A stretch of 64,000 bases of DNA, taken from an uncultured Acidobacteriota bacterium (GTDB lineage Bacteria > Acidobacteriota > Thermoanaerobaculia > Multivoradales > JAHEKO01). This document shows positions 40,199 to 50,388 of the stretch, one piece after another. The notes beneath the pieces are model-generated. The model did no database searches, was not told where the DNA came from, and worked only from the letters and a program-made list of their open reading frames with translations. Position 1 is the stretch's first letter, and each line of letters begins with the position of its first letter. The translations under genes were made by a program, and so were the position numbers. The stretch lies in contig CAVQNG010000003.1 in NCBI GenBank assembly GCA_963713825.1, positions 512,001 to 576,000 on the forward strand. Reading direction: 5' to 3'.

Positions 40199-42643
40199 TC
40201 AGTGCGAGTCCAGCACTTCGCGCAGTCGCTGAGCGAGGAGGTCGGTGGAAAAGGGCTTCTGCAGGAAGTTCTTGGCGTCGGAGACCAGTCCGCTATTGAA
40301 GAAGGCTTCGGCGCCCTCACTGTAGCCGGACATGAAGAGAATCCTGACTTCGGGCAACTTGGCTTCGAGACGATGGGCGAGCTCGAAGCCACCCATTCCG
40401 GGCATGACCAGATCGGTCAATAGAAGGTCGATTCGGCCCGCTTCGCTCTCGACCACCTTCAGAGCCTCTTCGCCGTCGGCCGCTTCCAGGACCCGATAAC
40501 CCTTGCCGTCCATGAACCGCCGCAGCAAACCCCGGACGGCAGCTTCGTCCTCGACCAGCAAGACAGTCTCGGAGCCGCTCGGGCTGGTCGGCTCGACTAC
40601 CTTTTCCTGTAGCGGCTCGACAGTCTCGGAAACCGCAGGTAGATAGACCTCGAAGCAAGCTCCCCGGCCCGGCTCGCTGTCGACACGGATGTGGCCGTTG
40701 GATTGCTGCACAATGCCATACACCGTGGCGAGGCCCAGACCGGTCCCCTCTGCGGGGTCCTTGGTGCTGAAGAAGGGTTCGAAGATCTGACCCCGAATAC
40801 CCGGATCGATTCCCGTTCCCGAATCTTCGAAGCGCAGGAAGACATAGGGCACCGGATCCAGGCCGTACAAGGCCAGGGCCGACCCGGGGCTCACCGTGAC
40901 ATTCGCGGTATCGATCACCAACCGACCACCACGCGGCATGGCGTCCCGGGCATTCAAGGCCAGGTTCAGGATCACCTGCTCCATCTGTCCCGGGTCTGCC
41001 TTGACGTTGGCGAGATTCTGATCGAAGTGCGCGACCAACTCGACCTGCTCGCTGATCGAACGGCGCAGCAGGCTTTCCATGTTCTGTACCAGGTCGTTCA
41101 GATTGATGGCCTGGGGCGAGGTGGATCGACGTCGGCTGAGCACCAGCAGTTGACGGGTCAACGCCGCCGCCCGATCTCCGGCCGCCTTGATCTCGTCGAC
41201 CTCGGCGACAAGGGGACTGCCGGGGTCGAGTTGGGAGCGCAGCAGGTCGCTGCGGCCATTGATCACCGTCAGCAGATTGTTGAAGTCGTGGGCAACACCG
41301 CCAGCCATTCGGCCCACCGCCTCCATGCGCTGAGAGCGCAATAGCTGTTCCTCGAGGGCGCGCTGCTCGCTGACGTCACGCAGCATTCCTCGCAGGGCAT
41401 AAAGGTCACCCGACTCACTCCGCACTGCTGCGGTCGTCTCCAGGACCGTCACCTGGCTACCGTCCTTGCGTCGCAGGCGCAGCTCGAAGTCCCGCAAGAA
41501 CCCCTCCTGCCCGAGTCTGTCGAGCCCGCTCTGCCGCACCTCGGGATCGACGTAGAGCTCCTCGATATCCACCTGCAGCAGCTCTTCCTTGCTGTCGTAT
41601 CCGAGAAGACGAAGACCTGCCGGATTGATATCCAGCAGATGCCCTTCAGGTGTGCTGATGAAGAGCGTGTCGAGGGAGCCCTCGAAGATCTCGCGATACC
41701 GCTCCTCCGAAGACCGCAGTGCCTGCTCTGCCCGCCTATGGTCGGTGACGTCGCGGTGCGTACCCCAGAGGCGCACCAGAAACCGATCCTCGAGAATCCC
41801 AGTCAAGTTGATCTGGTGGAAACGTGAGCGACCCCGCCGATCGACCTCCTCGATCTCGGCCTCCTCGAGGTCGTAGTCGGACTTCGCGAACCGATGCAGC
41901 TGCTCCAGAACCTGTGGGTCGTCTTTGGGTAGCAGGCGTTCCAGCGTGGCACCCACGAGCTGTGATGGTGACTCCAGTCCGACCATGAAGGAGAGCGCAC
42001 TGTTGCATTCCGCGAAGTGTCCGTGCTCGTAGAGAAATTCGACCTGCTCGGCCAGGGGCAACGAGACCGGCATCGGCTCGTCGAGCTCCAGGCGCCAGAT
42101 TCCCTCGGCGCTGTGAGCCAGGAAGTCGCGATAGCGCTCCTCGCTGGCCCTCAACGCGGCTTCCGAGGCTCGGACCTCGGTCACGTCCAAAGCCACCCCT
42201 ACCGTTCCTATGACCGATCCGTCATCGTCCCGCAGAGGCTCCACCAGAGAGTGGAAGCTCTGTCCGCCCCACTCCAACTCGAAGGCGAGAGACTCGCCTG
42301 CGATCGCTTGGCGGTGGGCCACAATGGCCGGAAACTCCTCGTCATCCGTGCCGAAGTACTCGAAGATCGTTTGGCCGACCGCCTGATCCGGCTGCAACCC
42401 GAGGCCCACCAGGGCGGCGCCCCGGCTCGAGGTGAACTCCAATTGGGCATCGGTGGTCCAGACAACGGCTGGGAGCTGCTCGAGCATGACCCGCAGCCGC
42501 GCCGCGTCGTGCTGAAGCGTCTGTTCGACCTCCAGCAGTCTGTCCCTCTCGCGGCGCAATCGACGGAACTGCGCGACTGCCCAACCGACGGCGCCCAGGG
42601 CGAGAGCCAGGGAAAGAGCCGCCAAAGCGAAGGAGCCTGTCAA
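40199..42643 (-). CDS. hybrid sensor histidine kinase (TM, 3 PAS, HisKA, HATPase, REC)
   Basis: GVAHDFNNLL, NLALNARDAM, FEPFFSTK, GTGLGL, LLVED..LLTDLVMP. Confidence 0.92.
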   Translation of the reverse strand: MTGSFALAALSLALALGAVGWAVAQFRRLRRERDRLLEVEQTLQHDAARLRVMLEQLPAVVWTTDAQLEFTSSRGAALVGLGLQPDQAVGQTIFEYFGTDDEEFPAIVAHRQAIAGESLAFELEWGGQSFHSLVEPLRDDDGSVIGTVGVALDVTEVRASEAALRASEERYRDFLAHSAEGIWRLELDEPMPVSLPLAEQVEFLYEHGHFAECNSALSFMVGLESPSQLVGATLERLLPKDDPQVLEQLHRFAKSDYDLEEAEIEEVDRRGRSRFHQINLTGILEDRFLVRLWGTHRDVTDHRRAEQALRSSEERYREIFEGSLDTLFISTPEGHLLDINPAGLRLLGYDSKEELLQVDIEELYVDPEVRQSGLDRLGQEGFLRDFELRLRRKDGSQVTVLETTAAVRSESGDLYALRGMLRDVSEQRALEEQLLRSQRMEAVGRMAGGVAHDFNNLLTVINGRSDLLRSQLDPGSPLVAEVDEIKAAGDRAAALTRQLLVLSRRRSTSPQAINLNDLVQNMESLLRRSISEQVELVAHFDQNLANVKADPGQMEQVILNLALNARDAMPRGGRLVIDTANVTVSPGSALALYGLDPVPYVFLRFEDSGTGIDPGIRGQIFEPFFSTKDPAEGTGLGLATVYGIVQQSNGHIRVDSEPGRGACFEVYLPAVSETVEPLQEKVVEPTSPSGSETVLLVEDEAAVRGLLRRFMDGKGYRVLEAADGEEALKVVESEAGRIDLLLTDLVMPGMGGFELAHRLEAKLPEVRILFMSGYSEGAEAFFNSGLVSDAKNFLQKPFSTDLLAQRLREVLDSH

Positions 42644-42717
42644 CGATGCCTCCAGAATCTCGAGCGTTTCCCGATCACGGCGATTGAAACTATCAGCTGG
42701 GTCTCCGGTGCGCTATC

Positions 42718-43431
42718 TCAGCTCTCAATGCCCAAGGCTGCCAACTGAGCTCTCGCCTGACCCTGCCAATCGCGATTGGCCGCCGGGCTCGCCGGACTTG
42801 GATGGAGGATTCCCGCCACCCGCACGTCGAGGCCCTCGAGAGCGCGTCTAGCGCTCGCCTCCGCGAACCGGCCGACGCCGATGACCCATGTCGGGTCGAG
42901 CTCCTGAACGGAGAGCCGCAGCGCTTCGTCACAGGCTTTCAATAGGGGGGCTCGCTCTCTCGCGGGTAATCGATCCGGCGTCCGATTGCGGCCACTGGAC
43001 TCGAGGAACATCAGCGGACAGTAATTGGCGATGAAGAAGCGTTCGAAGAAGCGCTCCGGCGTCTCGAAGCGCTCTTTCGCCCATCCCCAGACTCGCCGAC
43101 CACTCACCTCACTCCTCGAACAGGCCAGACCTTCTACCGGTCGTTTCGGGTGCTCGGAGTCGGGGCGACCCACGGAACTTTCGATCGCCAGCCAGTCCTT
43201 GACGAAAGAGATCTCCCCGAAGGGGACTCCCGTCTGTGCCATGCCCCACGGGCCCGGGTTCATCCCCACCAGGACGACTTCCTTCGGACCCTGCCCGAAG
43301 CGCCGCAGGTACTCCCGATGCGCCGGCCAGGCGTAGTCGAGCGGGTCGTAGACGTGAGTCACCGGTGCAGCGAACCGGAGTGGGCGCAAAGCCGCCGAGA
43401 GGTTCTTCGCAACAGCAGGTAGACCAGACAC
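42718..43431 (-). CDS. SMUG1-like uracil-DNA glycosylase (UDG family 3)
   Basis: GMNPGPWGMAQTGVPFG, SEVSGRR, NYCPL, HPSPASP. Confidence 0.9.
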   Translation of the reverse strand: MSGLPAVAKNLSAALRPLRFAAPVTHVYDPLDYAWPAHREYLRRFGQGPKEVVLVGMNPGPWGMAQTGVPFGEISFVKDWLAIESSVGRPDSEHPKRPVEGLACSRSEVSGRRVWGWAKERFETPERFFERFFIANYCPLMFLESSGRNRTPDRLPARERAPLLKACDEALRLSVQELDPTWVIGVGRFAEASARRALEGLDVRVAGILHPSPASPAANRDWQGQARAQLAALGIES

Positions 43432-43447
43432 GCGGCGCCCTCTCCGA

Positions 43448-43987
43448 CTACCCGTGCGCGGTCACCATGTTGGCCAGGAGCTCTGCCGGATCGACCCCCA
43501 TGGCCAGAGCGACCTTTTCGAGCACATCGCCGAAGCGTTCCGGGTCGAGTACCACAAAGAGCCCGACCGCTTCGGCCAACGGCTCGCCACCCTCGTCGAG
43601 CAGCCTGCCACGAGTTGTCACCTTTCTACCGGTCGCCTCTTCGACCCACGCTTCCAGGAGGGCGTCCGTTCCCAGGGGAATCATTCTCGAGAAATCGACC
43701 TCGAGATGTGCCGCCACCGAGGCGTAGCCACTCGACCAGGCTGCGACCCCCATGGCCTCATCGAGGACGGCAGCAATGCTGCCACCGTGCGCATGGCTCG
43801 GTGGACCGGCCGCTCCCGGTCCAAACCAGGCCCGACCCACGACCGCACGATCGCCCCGTCGTTTGAAGTACTGGACCCGCAAGAGACCGCTCTTTGGCTT
43901 GCCGCTGACGAAGGACCTCTGTCCTCCTTCCAGAGCGAGAGCCACGAACGGCTCCCAATCGGGCTCCGCTACCACTTCGGGTGGCAT
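43448..43987 (-). CDS. PaaI-family hotdog thioesterase
   Basis: GPPSHAHGGSIAAVLDEAMG; start uncertain. Confidence 0.82.
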   Translation of the reverse strand: MPPEVVAEPDWEPFVALALEGGQRSFVSGKPKSGLLRVQYFKRRGDRAVVGRAWFGPGAAGPPSHAHGGSIAAVLDEAMGVAAWSSGYASVAAHLEVDFSRMIPLGTDALLEAWVEEATGRKVTTRGRLLDEGGEPLAEAVGLFVVLDPERFGDVLEKVALAMGVDPAELLANMVTAHG

Positions 43988-44061
43988 CTCGGAGAGGCCC
44001 ACTTCACTCTTCGTACCGCGTCGATTTTCCACCGCTATAATCCCTGCAGGATATCGCCGAC

Positions 44062-46515
44062 ATGAGGCCATCTCCACCCCCCTCGCCCTCCCTGACTCAG
44101 GCCGAGCATTGGTTCAGAATCTTAGCTGAAACCATGCCGGTGGCCATCTTCGTCCACCGCGAGAAACTGCTCTATGTAAACCCGGCCGCCGAGGCGATGA
44201 CCGGGTACTCGGCCCCCGAGTTGATGGACATGGGCTTGCACGATCTAGCCAAGCCTCTGTCCACCAGCGATAACGGGTCCACGGCACGCTCTCTTCCCGA
44301 AGACGAAGCAGAAATCTGGAAACTCCGCCGCAAGGACGGGCAGGAGCGCTGGATTCGGCTGACCTCCGGATACGTCGAGCTCGACTGGCAGCCAGCCACC
44401 CTGGTCACGGCCTTCGACGTGACCGTCCAGGAGCAGTCGGCCATCGCGCTCCACGACGTTCGGCAGCGGCTTGCATTTGCCCAACAGGCTGCCCGGTCGG
44501 TGACCTGGGAATGGGACCCCGACAACGACGCCCTGACAACGTCTGAGCTCATCGATCAGGTTTTTGGTTTGCCCCTGCACGACCAGATCACCAGTGGTCG
44601 CGGATTCCTGGAGCTCGTTCACCCGGAGGATCAACCGAGTCTGGAACAAGCGCTGCTGCGCCTGATCAAAGGCGAGGACGAGAACCTGTCTGTCGACATC
44701 CGCTGCCTGTCGCCTCGCGGCGAGATCCGTTGGCTGGCCGAGAGAGCGGTCGCGATGCGCCATCCGTCGGGTCGCGTGCAGCGGGTCATTGGCGTCGCGC
44801 ACGACATTACCGAGCGAAAGATCGCTGAGAACGCCCTATTCCAGGAAAAGGAACGGGCCTTTGTCACGCTAGCCTCGATCGCCGATGGGGTCATTCGGAC
44901 CGATGCCCGGGGCATCATCGACTACCTCAACCCAGTCGCCCAGAAGCTCACGGGGTGGACCCTCGAGGAGGCGTACGGCCAAGAGGCCGAGGCGGTCTAT
45001 CGAGTGGTCGACGAGGCGACCGGTAAGAAGGTCCTCGACCCGGTCCACCACTGCCTGGAAGAGCGCCGGGAGGTCGCCTTCCTCGGCCAACGTCTCCTGG
45101 TCCGCAGGGATGGAAGCACGTTTCCCATCCATGACTCGGCCGCACCGATTCGCAACCAGGAAGGCAAGGTCATCGGCTCGATCCTGGTCTTCAAAGACCT
45201 GACCCAGGTGCGTCGCGTGGAAGACGAAATGGAGCACCTGGCCAGCCACGACCCGCTGACCGGCCTGATCAATCGTCGCGAGTTCGAGCGCCAGCTCCGT
45301 CAGACCTTGCAGGCTCGCGACGGACTGGGTGGCAGACACGCACTGTGTCAGCTGGATCTCGACGCGTTCAAGTTGGTGAACGAGACCTGTGGCCACACCG
45401 CGGGGGACCAGTTGATCCGGAAAATCGCCTCGGTCATCGAGGACCGGGTCCGACAACAGGACGTCCTGGCGCGCCTCGGTGGCGACGAGTTCGGCATCCT
45501 CTTTCGAGACTGTCCCTCGGAGGAAGCTGAGAAGCGCGCCAAGGAGATCGGCGAAGCCATACACAGCTTTCGCTTCCATTGGGGCGGCCGCACCTTCACC
45601 AACCGGGTCAGCGGCGGTTTGGCACCGCTTTCCACCTCACACTCCGGGGCGGACGCGCTGCTGAGTGCCGCCGATGCTGCCTGTTTCGTGGCTAAAGACA
45701 AAGGCGGTGGAACCATCCACATCTATCAGCCTGGCGACCGCGAGATTGCCGAACGGTATGGCGAGATGCAGTGGATCTCACGCCTCCAAAAGGCCCTCGA
45801 CGAGGACCGCTTCAGGCTCTATCACCAGATCATCAAACCGCTTGGCGCGAGCAATAGCGAACCGCCCTTGAGCGAGCTCTTCATTCGATTGATCGACGAG
45901 GAGGGCAAGCTCGTCTATCCGGGATCTTTCATCCCTGCAGCCGAGCGGTACGGGTTGATTCCAACAATCGACCGCTGGGTCCTGCGCACCGCTCTGCATC
46001 TGCTGGCGGACGGCGGCAAAACCGTCATCGCTGACAACAGCCGCTTTGCCATCAACCTCTCGGGTCTCAGCCTCGGTGCCGAAGGCTTTCTCGACTTCGT
46101 CGTCGATGAGCTCGACAAGACCAGGATTCCACCCGACCGGGTCTTCTTCGAAATCACGGAGACCTCCGCCATCGCCAATCTGCCAACGGCCATGCGCTTC
46201 ATCTCGGTGTTGAAGGGCATGGGTTGCCGCTTCGTACTGGACGATTTCGGGCAGGGCTTAAGCTCGTTCGGCTATCTGAAGAATCTCCCCCTGGACTTCC
46301 TCAAGATCGACGGCGGCTTCGTGAGAGAAATGGTCGCCGACCCGATCCAGGCGGCGCTCGTGGCTTCGATCCACGAGATTGGCGAAGTGATGGGCCTTGG
46401 CACCATTGCCGAGTCGGTCGAAGACGAAGCTACACTCGAGGCGCTGCGCCAGATCGGAGTCGATTACGTTCAGGGGTACCTTTTCCAGCGGCCACGGCCG
46501 CTGAGCAAAAGCTAG
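44062..46515 (+). CDS. PAS-GGDEF-EAL c-di-GMP signalling protein
   Basis: 3 PAS-like repeats, HDPLTGL-NRR, RLGGDEF, ELFIRL, FEITET, LDDFG, AESVE. Confidence 0.92.
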   Translation: MRPSPPPSPSLTQAEHWFRILAETMPVAIFVHREKLLYVNPAAEAMTGYSAPELMDMGLHDLAKPLSTSDNGSTARSLPEDEAEIWKLRRKDGQERWIRLTSGYVELDWQPATLVTAFDVTVQEQSAIALHDVRQRLAFAQQAARSVTWEWDPDNDALTTSELIDQVFGLPLHDQITSGRGFLELVHPEDQPSLEQALLRLIKGEDENLSVDIRCLSPRGEIRWLAERAVAMRHPSGRVQRVIGVAHDITERKIAENALFQEKERAFVTLASIADGVIRTDARGIIDYLNPVAQKLTGWTLEEAYGQEAEAVYRVVDEATGKKVLDPVHHCLEERREVAFLGQRLLVRRDGSTFPIHDSAAPIRNQEGKVIGSILVFKDLTQVRRVEDEMEHLASHDPLTGLINRREFERQLRQTLQARDGLGGRHALCQLDLDAFKLVNETCGHTAGDQLIRKIASVIEDRVRQQDVLARLGGDEFGILFRDCPSEEAEKRAKEIGEAIHSFRFHWGGRTFTNRVSGGLAPLSTSHSGADALLSAADAACFVAKDKGGGTIHIYQPGDREIAERYGEMQWISRLQKALDEDRFRLYHQIIKPLGASNSEPPLSELFIRLIDEEGKLVYPGSFIPAAERYGLIPTIDRWVLRTALHLLADGGKTVIADNSRFAINLSGLSLGAEGFLDFVVDELDKTRIPPDRVFFEITETSAIANLPTAMRFISVLKGMGCRFVLDDFGQGLSSFGYLKNLPLDFLKIDGGFVREMVADPIQAALVASIHEIGEVMGLGTIAESVEDEATLEALRQIGVDYVQGYLFQRPRPLSKS

Positions 46516-46663
46516 TGACTCTCGAGCCGACCGACACCCCTGTACCTCGGCCCAGCAGAGGTCTGACCTGCAGTCTTGCTGATATATTGAAAGTCTCCGA
46601 AACGGCGGCCGGTTCGGGCCCCGTGAGCCCGAAGTCCGACCAATAGAAGAAAGGCCAAATCCG

Positions 46664-48511
46664 ATGAGATTTACCTCGCCCCAAAAAGCTCCGCCTACCT
46701 CGAACCCGAAATTGCTGGCCTGGGTCGAGAGAGTCATCGACCTCTGCAACCCGGGCAAGGTCTGGTGGTGTGATGGATCGACCGAGGAGTATGACGAGTT
46801 GGCCCAGATCATGACCGAGACTGGAACGGCTCGATGGCTGGACCAGGAGTTGCGTCCCAATTCGCTCTATGTGCGCTCAGATCCGGCCGATGTGGCCCGC
46901 GTCGAAGACCGCACATTCATCTGTTCCCAGCGTCATGAGGATGCTGGACCGACGAACAACTGGGGTGATCCTGCGGAGATGAAGGCCCACCTGCGAGGCC
47001 TCTACGACAGCTGTATGGAAGGCAGGACGATGTTTGTCATTCCCTACTCCATGGGCCCCATCGGCAGCCCCATCGCCAGAATCGGCATCGTCATTACCGA
47101 CTCGCCCTACGTCGTCTGCAACATGCACATCATGGCTCGTGTGGGCACGAAGGTCCTGGAGGCACTCGGCGACGGTGAAGACTTCGTTCGCGGGATCCAC
47201 TCGGTGGGATACCCCTTGGACAGCCAGAAGAAGCCCGATCAGCCCTGGCCCTGTAACGCCGACAACAAATACATCTGCCACTTTCCCGAGACCCGGGAGA
47301 TCTGGTCCTACGGCTCCGGCTACGGCGGCAACGCTCTGCTCGGCAAGAAGTGCCACGCGCTGCGCATCGCCTCGGTCCAAGCGCGCGATGAAGGTTGGCT
47401 GGCCGAGCACATGCTGATTCTCAAGCTCACCAACCCGCAAGGGCAATCCAAGTTCGTCGCGGCGGCCTTCCCATCAGCCTGCGGCAAGACCAATCTCGCG
47501 ATGATGAATCCCACGCTGCCGGGCTGGAAAGTGGAGACCGTGGGCGACGACATCGCCTGGATGAAGTTCGGTGACGACGGCCGGCTCTACGCCATCAATC
47601 CCGAGGCCGGCTTCTTCGGTGTAGCACCCGGCACCAGCATGCACTCGAACCCGAATGCCATGCTGTCGCTGGCCAAGAACAGCATCTTCACCAACTGCGC
47701 CCTGACTCGGGAAGGTGACGTCTATTGGGAGGACATGCTAGACGAGAAGCCTGCCTTCCTCGTCGACTGGCTGCGCCGCCCATGGACATCGGAAAGCAAG
47801 CGGTCGGCCGCCCATCCCAACGCCCGTTTCACCGCTCCGGCCAGTCAGTGCCCAGTCATCGCGGACGAGTGGGAGGATCCGGCCGGAGTGCCGATCGACG
47901 CCATTCTCTTCGGTGGACGCCGGGCAAAGGTCGTGCCACTGGTGACCGAGGCCTTGGGTTGGGAGCACGGCACCTTCCTGGGATCGATCATGGCGTCGGA
48001 AAAGACAGCCGCCGCCTCGGGCAGAGTTGGCGTCGTACGCCGAGATCCCATGGCCATGCTGCCGTTCTGCGGCTACCACATGGGTGACTACTTCGCCCAC
48101 TGGCTCGAAGTCGGAGCCAAAGGGGGTGCCGAAGGCAAGAGTGAATGGGGATCGATGCCGCGGATCTTCTACGTCAACTGGTTCCGCAAGGATGAGGACG
48201 GCAACTTCCTGTGGCCCGGCTTCGGTGAGAACAGTCGCGTTCTCAAGTGGGTCTTCGAGCGCTGCAACGACGAGGGCGATGTCCAGGAGAGCTTCATCGG
48301 CCTCCATCCGACCGCCGGTGGTCTGGACCTGGAAGGTCTCGACATCTCACAGGAGGACCTCGATCAGCTACTCGCAGTCGATGCCGAAGACTGGCGGCGA
48401 GAGGTCACGCTGCTGCACGACCACTACTTCCAGTTCGGTGATCACCTGCCGAAGGCCCTCGCCGATCAGCTGGCCGAGCTCGAGAGCGTGCTCAAGGCGA
48501 TGACGGACTGA
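46664..48511 (+). CDS. pckG: phosphoenolpyruvate carboxykinase (GTP)
   Basis: [52 protein letters not shown]. Confidence 0.96.
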   Translation: MRFTSPQKAPPTSNPKLLAWVERVIDLCNPGKVWWCDGSTEEYDELAQIMTETGTARWLDQELRPNSLYVRSDPADVARVEDRTFICSQRHEDAGPTNNWGDPAEMKAHLRGLYDSCMEGRTMFVIPYSMGPIGSPIARIGIVITDSPYVVCNMHIMARVGTKVLEALGDGEDFVRGIHSVGYPLDSQKKPDQPWPCNADNKYICHFPETREIWSYGSGYGGNALLGKKCHALRIASVQARDEGWLAEHMLILKLTNPQGQSKFVAAAFPSACGKTNLAMMNPTLPGWKVETVGDDIAWMKFGDDGRLYAINPEAGFFGVAPGTSMHSNPNAMLSLAKNSIFTNCALTREGDVYWEDMLDEKPAFLVDWLRRPWTSESKRSAAHPNARFTAPASQCPVIADEWEDPAGVPIDAILFGGRRAKVVPLVTEALGWEHGTFLGSIMASEKTAAASGRVGVVRRDPMAMLPFCGYHMGDYFAHWLEVGAKGGAEGKSEWGSMPRIFYVNWFRKDEDGNFLWPGFGENSRVLKWVFERCNDEGDVQESFIGLHPTAGGLDLEGLDISQEDLDQLLAVDAEDWRREVTLLHDHYFQFGDHLPKALADQLAELESVLKAMTD

Positions 48512-48590
48512 CTCGACGTGGCCTGGCCTCCAGGTCACTTGTGAATCAACGAACGACCCAATTGCGATACGTTGAGCGAGGAGAACCAAC

Positions 48591-50219
48591 GTGGACATCG
48601 AAGGTAGCAAGGTACTCGTCCTGGGCGGCTATGGCCTGGTGGGGATGGCGGTCTGCCGGGAGTTGTTGGAGCACAAGCCGCGAGAGATCCAGATCCACAG
48701 CCTGCGGCAGGAAGAATCGGCAGAGGCTCGTGAGCTGCTGACGCCGTTTGCGGAAGGCGTCAAGCTCTCGATCTCGAGTGGCGACATCTTCGGACTTGCC
48801 GAAGAAGCCTCCAGAATAGAGCGCATCGCGGCTCAGCTGAGCCCCCTTCGCGACTCGGATTGGGGAAGGTTCCTGCTGTACCGGTTGCTGGTCGATGGCA
48901 AGCCGGACATCGTGATCGATTCCGTCAACACCGCGACTGGCATCGCTTACAGGGACGTCTATTCGGCCTCGGCAAAGGTGCTGAAAAGCCTGGAAGCCGG
49001 CAGCTCGCAGTGCGATCAGGTCGAGGATCTGCTCGAAGCCCTCTATGTGCCGCGACTGATCCGCCACATGCAGCTCCTGTATGGAGGCATGATCGACGCC
49101 GGTACTCGTGCCTATTTCAAGGTGGGGACCAGCGGCACGGGTGGCATGGGCCTCAATGTTCCCTACACCCATTCCGAAGAGAAGCCGAGCCGTGTTCTGC
49201 TCTCCAAGAGCGCCATGGCGGGAGCCCAGTCCATGTTGCTGTTTCTCATGGCCCGCACGCCGGGAGCTCCCATCACCAAGGAGATCAAGCCGGCGGCCGC
49301 TATCGCCTGGAAGAAGATCGACCACGGGCCCATCTACCGTGGACGAAAGCCCATCTACATCATGGAGGCCACCCCCCAGACCCTGGGCGAAACCTTCTCA
49401 ACCAACGATCCGACGGCAGCCAAGGCCACCGAGAGCATTCTCGAGACGGCCTACATCGATACCGGTGAGAACGGCATCTTCAGCGTCGAGGAGTTCGCGA
49501 TGCTCACCACGTCTCGACAGATGGAGTTCGTGACGCCCGAAGAGATCGCTCAGTACCTCATCTTCGAGATCGGCGGGGGCAACACGGGGCACGACGTCAT
49601 CAACGCACTGGACAACGCGGTACTGGGTCCCACCTATCGGGCCGGTCTCATGCGCCATTGGGCTCTGGAACGAATGATGGAGTTCGAAGCGCAGGGCAAA
49701 ACCAAGAGCGTCGCTTTCGAGATGCTGGGGCCGCCACGCAACACCAAGCTGCTCTTCGAGGCTCACCTCCTCCGAGAGGCGTTCGTCACGATGACGGCTG
49801 TTCGCGAAGCGACCCCGGACGAAGTTGTCGAGAAGATAGAAACGATGCTTCGGGAAGAGCCGCGGCTTGCCAACGAAGTGGTCTCGGTTGGTATTCCCAT
49901 CCTCTTGTCTTCAGGCGAGATCCTGCGGGGCCAGGAGGTCATCGTGCCAGCCGAGGCGGACCACGAGCCGATCACCCCCGAGAAGCTGGAAGCCTGGGTG
50001 CACGACGGGTGGGTCGACTTGCGGCGCGAGAACTGCGCCAGTTGGATCGATCGGATGCAGCGTATCCACGACGACACGGCGGCCATTCCCAAGGACGACA
50101 CCTCGAGTCGCCATTTGCGGAATGTCAGGTTCTGGGACGAGGAGAAGAGGATTCAGCCCGGCAAGATCCTGGGGTGGATTCTCTCAGTCGAGGAGCACGG
50201 CGCCCGCTTCAAGCACTGA
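48591..50219 (+). CDS. uncharacterised Rossmann-fold (SDR-like) protein
   Basis: GAGGAG RBS; N-terminal VLVLGGYGLVG; GTSGTGGMGLNVPYTHSE, DTGENG segments. Confidence 0.65.
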   Translation: MDIEGSKVLVLGGYGLVGMAVCRELLEHKPREIQIHSLRQEESAEARELLTPFAEGVKLSISSGDIFGLAEEASRIERIAAQLSPLRDSDWGRFLLYRLLVDGKPDIVIDSVNTATGIAYRDVYSASAKVLKSLEAGSSQCDQVEDLLEALYVPRLIRHMQLLYGGMIDAGTRAYFKVGTSGTGGMGLNVPYTHSEEKPSRVLLSKSAMAGAQSMLLFLMARTPGAPITKEIKPAAAIAWKKIDHGPIYRGRKPIYIMEATPQTLGETFSTNDPTAAKATESILETAYIDTGENGIFSVEEFAMLTTSRQMEFVTPEEIAQYLIFEIGGGNTGHDVINALDNAVLGPTYRAGLMRHWALERMMEFEAQGKTKSVAFEMLGPPRNTKLLFEAHLLREAFVTMTAVREATPDEVVEKIETMLREEPRLANEVVSVGIPILLSSGEILRGQEVIVPAEADHEPITPEKLEAWVHDGWVDLRRENCASWIDRMQRIHDDTAAIPKDDTSSRHLRNVRFWDEEKRIQPGKILGWILSVEEHGARFKH

Positions 50220-50236
50220 TCCCACCCGCCCTCCCG

Positions 50237-50388
50237 AGGGTTGAGGCGGCCGGGCGTACCTTCCGGCCGATCTTTGAGGGCCTGGGGGTTGAAGCGGCTG
50301 GACTTTGTCCGTCCGGTCTCTGGGGCAGTGGGGCGCAGGTGGTGTTGGGCCCGGCCTCCCCTAAGCCCTTAAGCCCTTACCCCCCTCC
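50237..50388 (+). repeat. dispersed modular intergenic repeat (copy)
   Basis: GGGTTGAGG-CGGCCGG-GCGTACCTT-CCGGCCG-ATCTTTGAGGGCCTGGGGGTTG; CCCCTAAGCCCTTAAGCCCTTA 8-mers. Confidence 0.75.
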
